DNA of 64,000 bases from Chloroflexota bacterium (GCA_028874075.1 JAPPLU010000037.1:37318-101317), one strand, 5' to 3'; positions 9,230 through 19,659 are shown, numbered from the stretch's first letter. Program-made: numbers and translations. The notes: generated by a model from the sequence alone, not told the origin.

Positions 9230-10627
9230 CTAGTGGAGAGGTCTGGCCGTTACCAGATCGCCGTTCATTTCGATTAGCAGCGACGGCGTGATTTTGTTGC
9301 TCAGATCGGACGACCACATTTCATCTTTGGATGGTTCCATTTCGACGCGGACGTAGTTATCTGTCAGGCCTCTTGGGTTACTGTCTTTACCTGCCCGCCC
9401 TTCCCAAAGCACGGGCCTGGTGGAACCCAGGAGGTTTGCCCTGAACTCCTGAAAAGAGGTGCGGGCGGTCTGCATTATCTGCCGCATACGTTCCCGCTTG
9501 ACCTGATCGGCGACATGGCCTTCGAGGTAGACTGCCGAGGTGCCAGGCCGCCTGGAATAGGGGAAAGCGTGAAGGTCGCTGAATGCCATCTCCGATGCAA
9601 AGGCCAGGCTGTCCTGAAACTCTTTGTCTCCCTCTCCCGGGAAGCCCACTATAACGTCGGTAGTAATGCCGGCGTCGGGTACCATGGATCTAATCAATTG
9701 CACGGTCTCAGCGAACTGGGACGTTGTATAGCGCCGGCGCATGGCCTTCAGGATAGTGTCGCTGCCGCTCTGCAGGGGGACGTGGAAATGGGGGCAAAGC
9801 CGGCGGTGGTTCGTCCAAATGTGGAGCAGTTCTTCGTCGATCTCCTGGGGTTGCAGGGAAGAAACGCGCAGCCGACGGATGTCTGTTTCCTCCAGTATCC
9901 GGCGAATGAGTTGGTTTAGATCCGCGCCGGGTAGGTCGAACCCGTAGGTGCCCAGTTGGGTGCCAGTGAGAACTGCCTCCTGGCACCCTTCTTCAACGGA
10001 TCGTCTCACTTGCCGGATGATCTGTCCTGGAGGAATGCTTCGTTCCCGCCCTCTTACTCTTGGGACAATGCAATAGGCGCAGACCTGGTCGCAACCTTCC
10101 TGAATCTTCACCATGGCCCGGGTCCGCCCCGGCAGGTTGCCGGCGGCGTCTTCGTCGTAGGGCCACGAGGAGCTGTCGCGAAAAAGTTCCGCAGTGGTAC
10201 CTGAACGGTCCCGGTGGGCCTCGATGGCCAGGGCTGCCAGGTCGTCCTTTTCTTCGTTCCCAACGACCAGATTAACCGCGGGCATTTGGGCGAGTTCTTC
10301 GGCAGCGCGCTGGGGATAACATCCGGCGGCCACTACAATAGCGTGGGGATTGGCGCGGCGGGCGGCCCGAAGTGTCTGCCGGGCCTTGGAATCGGCGGTG
10401 GCGGTGACGGTACAGGTGTTCAGGACGTAAATGTCGGCTTCACTAACGTCTTCAACTACCCGATAGCCGGCTTGGCGAAACCGGCGGGCAAGGTTGCTGC
10501 TGTCGGCCTGGTTGAGCTTGCAGCCGTGGGTGTGAATGACGACGTTTCCGGAGCAACCCGGCGCCTCAGCCGGGTTGCCGGAGGCCAAAGTGATGGGCTT
10601 GACTTCCCGACCTGGGTGATGAGACAT
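9230..10627 (-). CDS. mtaB: radical-SAM methylthiotransferase, MtaB/MiaB family (tRNA t6A or i6A methylthiolation)
   Basis: N-terminal UPF0004 domain (THGCKLNQADS), radical SAM CDQVCAYCIVP and a C-terminal TRAM-like region. I prefer ATG 10627 over the listed 10648. Confidence 0.85.
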   Translation of the reverse strand: MSHHPGREVKPITLASGNPAEAPGCSGNVVIHTHGCKLNQADSSNLARRFRQAGYRVVEDVSEADIYVLNTCTVTATADSKARQTLRAARRANPHAIVVAAGCYPQRAAEELAQMPAVNLVVGNEEKDDLAALAIEAHRDRSGTTAELFRDSSSWPYDEDAAGNLPGRTRAMVKIQEGCDQVCAYCIVPRVRGRERSIPPGQIIRQVRRSVEEGCQEAVLTGTQLGTYGFDLPGADLNQLIRRILEETDIRRLRVSSLQPQEIDEELLHIWTNHRRLCPHFHVPLQSGSDTILKAMRRRYTTSQFAETVQLIRSMVPDAGITTDVIVGFPGEGDKEFQDSLAFASEMAFSDLHAFPYSRRPGTSAVYLEGHVADQVKRERMRQIMQTARTSFQEFRANLLGSTRPVLWEGRAGKDSNPRGLTDNYVRVEMEPSKDEMWSSDLSNKITPSLLIEMNGDLVTARPLH

Positions 10628-10634
10628 GAGATGA

Positions 10635-11048
10635 CTAGCTCCCACCATCCTGCGCGGCCAGGTTGGTGTCCACGAGGTCCCACAGCCTTTCGATGGCGCC
10701 CCCTATGTCCTCAAGAACGCGGTAAACCCGGTCCACCCGGCGGCGGGTTTCCCGGGATCTTTCCAGGGAGTCCGTAAGGGATGCCAGTTGATCGAAGGCT
10801 TCGCGGACTCGCCTATCCCTCAACTCGCTGCCCAGAGTTTGCGCATATGCCTTGACCGATGGATCGTCCTCCACGTTCACGCCACGACTGAGGGCCGCGC
10901 CCTTGACGGCGAGGGTCAGGCTGCCCCACAGCAGTTCCTCGGAACGGGTCCACTTCCCGCCACGCAGTTCGTTCATTGCGGCGTTGAGCAGCCTGATACT
11001 CTGGCCGCGGTACCGATTGATTCGCGTCAGGTCGTGGTATGTAGTCAT
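10635..11048 (-). CDS. hypothetical helical protein, PaREP1/HEPN-like resemblance
   Basis: 137 aa. The segment LRGGKWTRSEELLWGSLTLAVKGAALSRG resembles the archaeal PaREP1 pattern (..A.EKLWGA.ALAVKA.A). No RxxxxH motif is present. Its stop lies 7 nt before the mtaB ATG. Confidence 0.4.
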   Translation of the reverse strand: MTTYHDLTRINRYRGQSIRLLNAAMNELRGGKWTRSEELLWGSLTLAVKGAALSRGVNVEDDPSVKAYAQTLGSELRDRRVREAFDQLASLTDSLERSRETRRRVDRVYRVLEDIGGAIERLWDLVDTNLAAQDGGS

Positions 11049-11123
11049 GATCCTACTGTTGCCGGTTACTTTTGCATAATTCGCTTAGACGGTCAGGCGG
11101 AGCTGGGTGGCAACTTCTCTCAA

Positions 11124-12776
11124 CTATCCTACCACTGCGTCCAGCCCGTGAGGCGGTGTCTGGAAGGGAGGACGGAGGTTTGGCATAGGGACCTCGATCA
11201 CTGCCGGCCTTTCTGCGCGCAGGGCGTCGTGAAGGGCCGGACCCAATTCCCGCCGGTCTGCCAACCTGATGCCCAGGGCGCCATAGACTTCGGCCAGCTG
11301 GGCGAAGTCGGGATTGAGCAGTTCCGTCCCGATGGCGCGGCCCTGGTAGCGATTCATCTGGTCGGCGCGGGAAGCACCTAGCAGTCCGTTGTTGAATACC
11401 AGCGTTACCAGGTTGATGCCTTCCTGGACGGCGGTGGAAAGTTCGCTGCTGGCGTACATAAACCCGCCGTCGCCAATGGTTGCCACCACTTGACGGTTGG
11501 GGTTTCCCACCTTTGCGCCCAGGGCGGTGGGGAAGGCGTAGCCCAGGGTGGCGAAGTAGCTGGACGTAAGGTAGGAACGGGGTTTGAGCACCGGAAATGC
11601 CAGATGGCCCCAGTAGGCAACTTCCGTGGTGCCGGCCACCATTATCGCGTCATCGTCCAGTTCGGCCCGGATGGTCTCAATGAGGTCTACCTGCAGCGGC
11701 GCCAGCTCCCGGGTATCCTCGGCGGCCTTGCGCCGGATTTCATCCAGCTCGGAGTCCTGCCACTGGCTGGCGCCGGTTGCGCCGCCCCATTCGGCCAGTA
11801 TGTCGTTGACGCCGAGCTTGGCGTCAGCAACCATGCCCACCCGGGACTCGACGTTTCGGCCAAGTTCCTCGGGGTCGGCGTCAATGCGAATGACCACCTG
11901 GTCGGGTCGAAGGGACCAGGGGGTGCGCGGGTTCATGTTCATGCGGCTGCCGATGGCAAGGATGACATCCGATTGGGGCAGAGTGTAGTAGGCAGCGCCG
12001 TGACCGTAATAGAAAGTGCCCACGGACAGGGAATGGTTTTCAGGAATGGATCCCTTGCCTTCCGGTGTAGTGATCACCGGCGCATTGAGAGCTTCCGCAA
12101 GCTGAGCCAATTCTCCGGTGATATCCGCTTCCCGGCAGCCCCCGCCGGCCCAGATCAGGGGGCGTTCTGCCTTCGCCAGCAATTCCACCGCCTCCTTCAC
12201 CCTGGCCGGGTCCGGAGACTGTTTTATAGTCCCCTCCCGTTCCAGCAGGTCAATGTCGTAGGAGCCTGGCAGGATGTCAAAAGGTACTTCTATCTCCACC
12301 GGCCGGGGACGGCCGTCGAGCACCTGCTGCATGGCCATGTGCACCAGGTTTGGAATCTCTTCGGCATTGGTAGTGCGGGCGTTCCACTTGGTAATGGGCC
12401 TGAACACGTCAAGCTGGTCGTTCACTTCGTGGAGAGCGCCACGATTCTGGCCCAGCATGGCACTATCGACCTGCCCGGAAATCAGCATGACCGGTGATGA
12501 GGTGGCGTAGGCGGTGCCCACCGCGGCGGCGGCATTGAGGGCGCCGGGGCCCGGCACAACCAATGCCACGCCGACGCGGCCGGTGGTTCGGGCATATCCG
12601 TCGGCCATGTAAGCGGCGGACTGTTCGTGGCGGACGGTGATCAGGCGAATACCTGGCTGCTCGTACAGGGCGTCGTATATCTCCATGATCTGGACACCGG
12701 GCAGGCCAAAGACCACTTCCACACCTTCCCTGGCCAGGGACTGGATCAACGCCTGGGCGCCGGACAGGTTTGCCAT
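11124..12776 (-). CDS. thiamine-pyrophosphate enzyme, acetolactate-synthase-large-subunit-like
   Basis: Three-domain TPP layout with N-terminal GVEVVFGLPG and the C-terminal TPP motif IGDGGFMYASSELSTAV...NN. No small subunit is adjacent. Confidence 0.85.
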   Translation of the reverse strand: MANLSGAQALIQSLAREGVEVVFGLPGVQIMEIYDALYEQPGIRLITVRHEQSAAYMADGYARTTGRVGVALVVPGPGALNAAAAVGTAYATSSPVMLISGQVDSAMLGQNRGALHEVNDQLDVFRPITKWNARTTNAEEIPNLVHMAMQQVLDGRPRPVEIEVPFDILPGSYDIDLLEREGTIKQSPDPARVKEAVELLAKAERPLIWAGGGCREADITGELAQLAEALNAPVITTPEGKGSIPENHSLSVGTFYYGHGAAYYTLPQSDVILAIGSRMNMNPRTPWSLRPDQVVIRIDADPEELGRNVESRVGMVADAKLGVNDILAEWGGATGASQWQDSELDEIRRKAAEDTRELAPLQVDLIETIRAELDDDAIMVAGTTEVAYWGHLAFPVLKPRSYLTSSYFATLGYAFPTALGAKVGNPNRQVVATIGDGGFMYASSELSTAVQEGINLVTLVFNNGLLGASRADQMNRYQGRAIGTELLNPDFAQLAEVYGALGIRLADRRELGPALHDALRAERPAVIEVPMPNLRPPFQTPPHGLDAVVG

Positions 12777-13175
12777 TGTTCACCTCGAGCGGGGTCACGA
12801 ATACTTCCGGTTATGATGATTACCCGGAGGCCGGTGTGTCAATGGGAACCGGACGAGGCGCAAGGGAGATTGCAAAGTCATGCCAATCCGCCGGAAGCGG
12901 ACTTCCTCCTTGACGGGGGAAGGTCAGGATGGGGTGGGACTCTCGCCAATTGATTAACTCCCTCTCACCCTAACCCTCTCCCACCAGGTGCGAGGGAACT
13001 TTGCAATCGTCCTGAACGAGGCGACAGGCGCGCTTGTTAGAAGTAGCTTAACCTCCGTTCGGTCAAACCAGGGTGGAGGAGTTTCAGAGTCAACGCAGAT
13101 TCATCCTGGCTCAAGGCATGGCCCAAGGGTGGAAGTCCTGTTATGTCATGGCGAACCAGCGGGCCCAGAGGAAGG

Positions 13176-13559
13176 TCAGGTCCGGTTCCTGTGTTGGTGG
13201 CGGGAGTTCACATAGCAGCAGATGGTCGTACTTCGTCTCCCAGGCCCAAGGCAGCAGGGCCAGCAGCCACGCCAAAGGCGGACGTTCCGCATACGCCGGG
13301 GTTCGGGAATGTCTCCCGCTTCCCTGACCTCGTCCAGGTAGTTGTGCAGGTGAAGCCAGGTGGTGAGACGGAAACCCCGGTCGGCGATGCGGCGGATGAT
13401 TTCCAGCGGCCTGGGAGGGTCCTGGCGGTCGGCTACGGCGCGGGCGTAGTCGTGATGGACTTCTTCTGATACCCGGCGCATCCGGTAGATGGTCAGTTCC
13501 CTATGGTACTTGCGCTGCAGGGCGCGGATTTCTCTTCTGATTTCGCTGAGGGTTCTCAA
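13176..13559 (-). CDS. hypothetical Arg-rich protein (orphan ORF)
   Basis: AGGAG sits 9 nt before TTG at 13559. The product MRTLSEIRREIRALQRKYHRELTIYRM... has no family I recognise. The last 40 or so codons look out of frame (see findings). Confidence 0.35.
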   Translation of the reverse strand: MRTLSEIRREIRALQRKYHRELTIYRMRRVSEEVHHDYARAVADRQDPPRPLEIIRRIADRGFRLTTWLHLHNYLDEVREAGDIPEPRRMRNVRLWRGCWPCCLGPGRRSTTICCYVNSRHQHRNRT

Positions 13560-14089
13560 GGTTGTATATCTCCTTTTGTTTTCTACCCACGAAGGACGCG
13601 AGGGGGCACGAAGTCGGAATTTTCTTGAAAGTGTCCCAATCTGTCCCATTTTGTTCCATTTGGGGTTTGCACTCGTGCCCTGGCCCCCTCCCACAGAGCG
13701 AGGGGAGCGCTTGCTATGGCCGGGGCGGGCACAAGGGGTTGCGCCATCAAGGGCAGGGTTGGTCGCGCCGGCATCCTCTCTTTCCTAGCATGTATTCTTA
13801 TGATGGTGGGGGGTTACGCAGGGTGGCAAGGGGGAAGTGCCAGTCATCCGGCAAGGGGGGGAATGACGGAGGTGGGCCACCGCCTCTCTTGTCAGTGCTC
13901 CGGAAAAGTCCGCAGCGGCGGACCGGTTCTACCAGGGCGAGGTTCACTTCGGCGCCGGAACAAGCGCCTTCCTCGAATCAGGATGCGATTGCTCCAGGGA
14001 GGGTTCTCTTCAATACACCGAAATCCACGATTGTGGTATAACATTGGCAATTGTAAATCCGCTAGAAAACGTGGAAGGGGCTACCCAGT

Positions 14090-15640
14090 ATGAAATATGA
14101 CGTGATAATCGTGGGAGGAGGGGCGGCGGGCTGTGTCCTGGCGTCCAGGCTCTCGGAGGACCCGGACCGGTCGGTGCTGCTTTTGGAGGCAGGACCGGAC
14201 TACCCGGACTTTGACAAGCTTCCCGTCGACCTGAAGGAAGGGAACAATATGTGGCGGTCGGCGTATGGCCCGCACAACTGGGGGTACACCGCGACGGCTA
14301 CTCCCTTGCAAGCGGACCAGGTGCAGTTGCCAAGGGGACGGGCCATTGGCGGTTCCACTTCCATTAACGGCCAGGTCCTTTTCCGGGGTGTGCCCGGGGA
14401 TTACGACAACTGGGCGGCCTGGGGCAACGATGAATGGGCCTATCTCAAGGTTCTGCCGTATTTCCGTAAGCTCGAGACCGACCTGGACTACCCGGGCGAT
14501 GACTTTCATGGGAGCGACGGGCCCATTCCGGTACGCCGCTACAAGCGAGAGGAGTGGCTTCCCCACGCAACTGCCTTTTATGACGCCTGCGTAGACCTGG
14601 GGTTCCGCCAGGATCCGGACCAGAACCATCCCGATTCCAGCGGCATTGCGGCCCGTCCGCTCAATAATATCGACGGCGTGCGGATGAGCACGGCCATTAC
14701 TTACCTGAATCCGGTGCGTAACCGCCTCAACCTGACGGTCCGGGGTGACGTTACGGTGCGCCGGGTGGTTTTTGAAGGGAAGCGAGCCGTGGGCATTGAA
14801 GCCGAGAGCGGCGGAGAGACTTTCGTTGTGGAAGGCGAGGAGATCATCGTCAGCAGCGGGGCCATTGCTTCGCCGCAGATTCTCATGCTGTCCGGCGTGG
14901 GACCGGCCGACCACCTGCGGGAGTTTGGCATCGAAGTGGTCCACGATATGCCTGGCGTGGGCGAAAACCTGCGCGATCATCCTTCCTGTTTCACCCTGTT
15001 CCGGGGCAAGGGTGATCCGCCTGAAGAACTAGCTCCCAGCATACAGGTGGGACTGCGGTTCAGCCTGGAGGACTCGCCCACCACCGGCGACATTCAGCTG
15101 GCGCCCATCCTGATGAACAGCGAGCACCGGCCGGCCAACGTGGTCATTGAGAGCAGCGACTTTCACTTTGGGTTCAGCGCCGCCATCCAGAACGCGGTCA
15201 GCGCGGGCCGGCTGCGCCTGGCCTCCACCGATCCGAGAGTGCAGCCGGACCTTAACTACGACTGGCTTTCCAGTCCCTATGATCGGGAGCGAATGCGGGG
15301 CGCCATCAGGACGGGCCTGCGCATCGCCGACCATCCGCTGTTCAGCGACACAATCGTGGAACGACTGAACCCTACGGACGCGGACCTGGCGTCCGACGAG
15401 GCCCTGGACAACTGGATGCTGCGGAACGTGGGTACACAGCACCATTCATCGGGGACCTGCAAGATGGGGCCGGCGGACGACCCGATGGCGGTGGTGGACC
15501 AGTACTGCCGGGTGCATGGTATGGATGGTCTCCGGGTGGTGGACGCTTCGGTGATGCCCGACGTGATTCGCGCCAACACCAATGCCACGACAATTATGAT
15601 CGGCGAAAGGGTGGCCGACTGGATCAGGGAAGGGAAGTAA
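14090..15640 (+). CDS. GMC-family FAD oxidoreductase (choline-dehydrogenase-like)
   Basis: YDVIIVGGGAAGCVLASRLSED FAD fold, GGSTSINGQV and the C-terminal HHSSGTCKMG active-site region. Confidence 0.9.
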   Translation: MKYDVIIVGGGAAGCVLASRLSEDPDRSVLLLEAGPDYPDFDKLPVDLKEGNNMWRSAYGPHNWGYTATATPLQADQVQLPRGRAIGGSTSINGQVLFRGVPGDYDNWAAWGNDEWAYLKVLPYFRKLETDLDYPGDDFHGSDGPIPVRRYKREEWLPHATAFYDACVDLGFRQDPDQNHPDSSGIAARPLNNIDGVRMSTAITYLNPVRNRLNLTVRGDVTVRRVVFEGKRAVGIEAESGGETFVVEGEEIIVSSGAIASPQILMLSGVGPADHLREFGIEVVHDMPGVGENLRDHPSCFTLFRGKGDPPEELAPSIQVGLRFSLEDSPTTGDIQLAPILMNSEHRPANVVIESSDFHFGFSAAIQNAVSAGRLRLASTDPRVQPDLNYDWLSSPYDRERMRGAIRTGLRIADHPLFSDTIVERLNPTDADLASDEALDNWMLRNVGTQHHSSGTCKMGPADDPMAVVDQYCRVHGMDGLRVVDASVMPDVIRANTNATTIMIGERVADWIREGK

Positions 15641-15697
15641 GGCGACTTCCTGGCAGCTTAACGAGCAGAACAGAATCAGCAGGACGGTATTTCTGAA

Positions 15698-17119
15698 ATG
15701 ACGACCAGCAATCCCAACGTGAGAATAGAACGAGACTCCATGGGTCAGATGGAGGTGCCTGCCGATGCCCTGTACGGGGCTTCGACCATGAGGGCGGTGC
15801 TGAATTTCCCCATCAGCGACCTGAGATTTCCCCGTACTTTCATCCGCGCCCTGGGCCTGATCAAGCAGTCGGCCGCCAAGACCAACATGTCGCTGGGCGT
15901 AATGGATGAGACTATCGGAAATGCCATCGTCGAAGCGGCGCAGGATGTGATCGACGGCAAGCTGGACAGCCACTTTGTGCTGGATATCTTTCAGACCGGT
16001 TCGGGCACGTCCACCAACACCAACGCCAACGAAGTCATCGCCAACCGGGCCTCGCAGTTGCTGGGGGGCGATCTGGGGTCGCGGATTGTACACCCCAACG
16101 ACCACGTTAACCTGGGCCAGTCCTCCAACGACGTAATACCTACCGCCATTCACCTGGCGGCATTAATAGCTATCAATGAAGACCTGATCCCCGGCCTGGA
16201 GTTTCTGCGGGATGAATTACAGGCAAAGGCGGACGAGTTCTGGCCGGTTATAAAGACCGGGCGGACTCACTTGCAGGATGCCACTCCCGTCCGGCTGGGG
16301 CAGGAGTTTCTTGGTTACGCGGGGCAGGCCGAGAACGGCGTCCGACGCCTTCGCCGGGCCCAGGATGCGCTGGCGGAGGTGGCCCTGGGCGGCACAGCGG
16401 TGGGCACGGGCGTGAACACGCACCCGGAGTTTTCGGCCCGCACCTGCCGGACTCTTTCGGATGTGGCCGGCGTCAACGTCCGGGAGACGGATAACCATTT
16501 CCAGGCCCAGGCCACCCTGGACGGGATAGTGGAAGCCAGCGGGGAACTGCGGACCATTGCCATAAGCCTGCACAAGATTGCCAACGATATCCGGTTTATC
16601 GCCTGCGGCCCCAGGGCCGGCCTGGGGGAGATCACAGTGCCCGAGGTGCAGCCGGGCAGTTCCATAATGCCCGGCAAGGTGAACCCGGTAATTTCCGAAT
16701 CAGTGATCCAGGTGGCGGCCCACGTGGTGGGCAACGATGCTGCGGTAACCCTGGCCGGCCAGGGCGGCTACTTTGAACTGAACACGATGATGCCGGTGGC
16801 GGCCTATAACCTGCTGCAGTCCATATCCCTGCTTGCAGCTTCGGCCAACAATTTTGCCGAGCAGTGCGTCAAGGGCATAGAGGCCACCGACGTGGGTCCG
16901 GCCATGGTGGAAAAGGGGTTGATGCTGGGCACGGCCCTGGCGCCGGCCATTGGCTACGATGCCGCGGCGGCCATCGCCAAGGAGGCCGCTGCCACCGGTC
17001 AGACCATACGGGAAGTTGCTCAGCAGCGAACCGAGATAACCGAGGAACAGCTTTCTGAACTGTTGAATCCGGAAGAGATGACCAAGCCCAGCCTGGAAGT
17101 TCGCGGCGGCGGGGGCTAG
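15698..17119 (+). CDS. fumC: class II fumarate hydratase
   Basis: QTGSGTSTNTNANEV, TGRTHLQDATP and the GSSIMPGKVNP signature. QTGSGT favours FumC over aspartase. Confidence 0.9.
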   Translation: MTTSNPNVRIERDSMGQMEVPADALYGASTMRAVLNFPISDLRFPRTFIRALGLIKQSAAKTNMSLGVMDETIGNAIVEAAQDVIDGKLDSHFVLDIFQTGSGTSTNTNANEVIANRASQLLGGDLGSRIVHPNDHVNLGQSSNDVIPTAIHLAALIAINEDLIPGLEFLRDELQAKADEFWPVIKTGRTHLQDATPVRLGQEFLGYAGQAENGVRRLRRAQDALAEVALGGTAVGTGVNTHPEFSARTCRTLSDVAGVNVRETDNHFQAQATLDGIVEASGELRTIAISLHKIANDIRFIACGPRAGLGEITVPEVQPGSSIMPGKVNPVISESVIQVAAHVVGNDAAVTLAGQGGYFELNTMMPVAAYNLLQSISLLAASANNFAEQCVKGIEATDVGPAMVEKGLMLGTALAPAIGYDAAAAIAKEAAATGQTIREVAQQRTEITEEQLSELLNPEEMTKPSLEVRGGGG

Positions 17120-17209
17120 TCATCGCTTCCATTTGGGAGCCACCCTCCCGCCTCTGGCGGGCCGGCGTAATTTTGTAAGAACCTCAATTCTTAATGAAGG
17201 AGTGGAGAT

Positions 17210-17554
17210 ATGGCACTGGTACGATGCGTAACGGAAATGGGAATGGGTGTGGACGTTCACGGCCTGGACTATACCAACGCAGCCAAGCGGGCCGTTTTTG
17301 ATGCGCTGCACCACAGCAGCCTGGGTTTTCAGCGGCTGATTGGCAAGACGGCGGACGACATGCGGGTTGACGTAACCATTGGGGTGCCGGAACCAGGCAA
17401 GGTGGACGGCGAAGCAGTTGTCGCCACGCTGCCTCACGGCACCGGCTTCATCAACGTAGTACACGGCGGCCTGCAAGTACTTAATGACGAGGGAACCGAC
17501 GGCACCCTGATCGCTAACGCCATCGTCATTGTGAGTTTCGACGACGGCAACTAG
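17210..17554 (+). CDS. Lin0512-family small conserved protein
   Basis: 114 aa. EMGMGVDVHGLDYTNAAKRAV.DAL matches my memory of the Lin0512/TIGR02058 family pattern. Confidence 0.5.
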   Translation: MALVRCVTEMGMGVDVHGLDYTNAAKRAVFDALHHSSLGFQRLIGKTADDMRVDVTIGVPEPGKVDGEAVVATLPHGTGFINVVHGGLQVLNDEGTDGTLIANAIVIVSFDDGN

Positions 17555-17573
17555 GGCAAAGCCCATTCGGTCG

Positions 17574-17610
17574 GGAAAAAGTAAGGGCCCCGGATTGAAG
17601 TCCGGGGCCC
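17574..17610 (-). terminator. intrinsic terminator of the 80-aa gene (shared convergent gap)
   Basis: 10-bp stem gggccccgga (17585-17594) / tccggggccc (17601-17610). On the minus strand it is followed by TTACTTTTTCCC. Confidence 0.7.
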
Positions 17611-17647
17611 CGTTCATTGCCGGTGGGACTTGCCTGCTAAACAGCCA

Positions 17648-17890
17648 CTAGTGTCCCTCGGGAGCGCGGGTGCCGAATACCTTCTGGCCCTTGACGAAGA
17701 TGCACTTGCGGATGTTGTTTTCCAGTTCCGTGGGGTCCTCCACCGCCGGGTAGCGCTCCCGCGCGGCAGGGGTACGGAGATATTCGTACACCTTGGTGAG
17801 AACCTCGTCCTCGGAATCGCCGGTAATTATAGTCTTGTCGCGAGAGTCGGACAGGAAATTGCTGGGCCTCACATAGTAGACGTCTGGCAT
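17648..17890 (-). CDS. hypothetical small protein (80 aa)
   Basis: AGGAGGAG RBS lies directly upstream of ATG 17890 and its own terminator follows. No family recognised. Confidence 0.5.
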   Translation of the reverse strand: MPDVYYVRPSNFLSDSRDKTIITGDSEDEVLTKVYEYLRTPAARERYPAVEDPTELENNIRKCIFVKGQKVFGTRAPEGH

Positions 17891-18015
17891 AACTCCTCCT
17901 CCATTATTACCAGTGATTTCGGCTCCGGCGCCGAACCCAATTTTCTGTAGAAAATCTATACACTAACTAAAGCTACATTGTCAATGCTGACGCTGGGCGT
18001 GGGAAGGCCGCCTCA

Positions 18016-19635
18016 CTATTCTCGCGTATTGCTCGCCGGCTGTCCCCAGCCACCGCCGCCGGGCGTTCGGATGCTCAAGATGTCGCCCGCTTCCACGTCC
18101 AGGGTCTCCTTGCCGGCGAGGTGGACCTCCTCGTAACCGCCCTTGAGCAGGACGTTCTCACCCGGCTGACCGTGATGTCCTCCGTGGAAGCCCGGCGGGT
18201 GAAACTTGCGGCGTTCCGACAGGATGGTAAGCCGGGCCGGACTGAGAAATTCAACGTCCCTAACCAGGCCGTCGCCGCCCTTGTGGAGGCCGTCGCCGCC
18301 GGACCCGCGGCGCAGGGCGTACCGCTTCAATCGCAGCGGAAAGGCAAACTCCAGGGCCTCAATTGGGGTGTTCATGGTGTTGGTCATGTGGGTGTGGATG
18401 CCGGAGATGCCGTCCTTGGTGGGCCGGCCGCCCATGCCGCCTCCTATCGTCTCGTAGTAGACAAAGGGCCGTTCCCGTTCCAGGTCGTGGCCGCCGATCA
18501 GGAGGTTGTTCATGGTTCCCTGGCTGGCAGCAGGAATCAGTTCGGGGAGGGCCTGGGCCATGGCCGTAAGCAGTACGTCGGTGATGCGCTGGGAGGTCTC
18601 AACATTGCCGCCGGCCACGCCTCGCTGCGGTTCCGGATTTACCAGGGTACCCCGGGGGGTGATGACGTTTACCGGGCGCAGGCAACCTTGATTGGCCGGC
18701 GCATCGTCGCCCACCACGCAGCGGACCATATAAAGGCTGGCGGACATGGTAACTGCCTGGGGAGCGTTGATGCACCCCGGGCGCTGCCGGGAGGTTCCGG
18801 TGAAGTCGATGGTCATTGAGTCGCCGGCGATGGTAATGGCTACGGCGATGGGTACGGGTTCTTCGGTAAGGCCGTCGTCGTCCATGTAGTCCACCACCCG
18901 GTATTCGCCGTCGGGGATGCGGCTGATGGCCTGCCGGGTCACGCGCTCCGAATAGTCCAGCAGGGCCGCCATGTGTTCAGCGGTTTCGGCAACCCCGTAC
19001 CTTTCCACCACTTCCTGAAGGCGCTTTTCACCCACCCGGATGGAGGCTATCTGGGCGGCCAGGTCGCCGCGCCGTTCCTCGGGGGTGCGGGAGTTGCGAC
19101 AGATAATCTGGACTACTTCCTGGTTCAGGCGGCCGCCCCGGGCCAACTTGATGGGAGGGAGAATCATACCCTCCTGGTACAGTTCGGTGGACAGAGGGAG
19201 AGAACCCGGGGTCATGCCTCCCACGTCGGCGTGGTGGCCCCGGTTGGAAACGAAACCCACCATTTGCTTTTCACCGTCGACAGTGACGAAGACGGGCGCG
19301 ACCAGTGTGATGTCGGGCAGGTGGGTGCCGCCCAGGTAGGGGTCGTTGAGGATAACCATGTCTCCGGGACGGAGGGAATTGGGGAAGGTGTCCAGGGCAG
19401 CCTGTACCGATGCCGGCATGGCACCCAGGTGGACGGGCTGGTGGGCTGCCTGGGCTACCATCTGTCCTTCCGGATCAAAGATGGCGCAGGAAAAGTCCCG
19501 CCGTTCCTTTATGTTGGGGGAATAGGCGGTGCGGAGCAAGGCCACGCCCATCTCCTCGGAGACGGAGATGAACATGTTCTTGAAGACTTCAAGGCTGATG
19601 GCGTCAACCGGCATATCATCCTCCGGGGCTTTCAC
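18016..19635 (-). CDS. hyuB: hydantoinase B/oxoprolinase family protein
   Basis: 539 aa. [37 protein letters not shown] and [12 protein letters not shown] are typical of HyuB. Confidence 0.9.
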   Translation of the reverse strand: MKAPEDDMPVDAISLEVFKNMFISVSEEMGVALLRTAYSPNIKERRDFSCAIFDPEGQMVAQAAHQPVHLGAMPASVQAALDTFPNSLRPGDMVILNDPYLGGTHLPDITLVAPVFVTVDGEKQMVGFVSNRGHHADVGGMTPGSLPLSTELYQEGMILPPIKLARGGRLNQEVVQIICRNSRTPEERRGDLAAQIASIRVGEKRLQEVVERYGVAETAEHMAALLDYSERVTRQAISRIPDGEYRVVDYMDDDGLTEEPVPIAVAITIAGDSMTIDFTGTSRQRPGCINAPQAVTMSASLYMVRCVVGDDAPANQGCLRPVNVITPRGTLVNPEPQRGVAGGNVETSQRITDVLLTAMAQALPELIPAASQGTMNNLLIGGHDLERERPFVYYETIGGGMGGRPTKDGISGIHTHMTNTMNTPIEALEFAFPLRLKRYALRRGSGGDGLHKGGDGLVRDVEFLSPARLTILSERRKFHPPGFHGGHHGQPGENVLLKGGYEEVHLAGKETLDVEAGDILSIRTPGGGGWGQPASNTRE

Positions 19636-19659
19636 AAAGAGAAACGGAGAAGCAGAGAT

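Noticed and set aside
12897-12909. Minus-strand GGAGGAAGTCCGC, which resembles the RNase P RNA GAGGAAAGUCCGGGC motif.
   Set aside because: The match is imperfect and none of the other conserved RNase P regions follow. It sits in the promoter and leader of the TPP-enzyme gene and forms only a small local hairpin.
12963-12998. ctcaccctaaccctctcccaccaggtgcgagggaac, which resembles short intergenic repeat elements seen in other bacterial genomes.
   Set aside because: Only one copy occurs in the window, so it cannot be called a repeat family from this sequence alone.
17585-17610. A hairpin whose minus-strand loop reads CTTCAA (it contains UCA, the tRNA-Sec anticodon). I considered it as a selC fragment because of the selenoprotein candidates.
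   Set aside because: The stem is 10 bp with a 6-nt loop, which is not anticodon-arm geometry. No acceptor, D or T arms flank it, and a T-run follows on the minus strand, so it is an intrinsic terminator.
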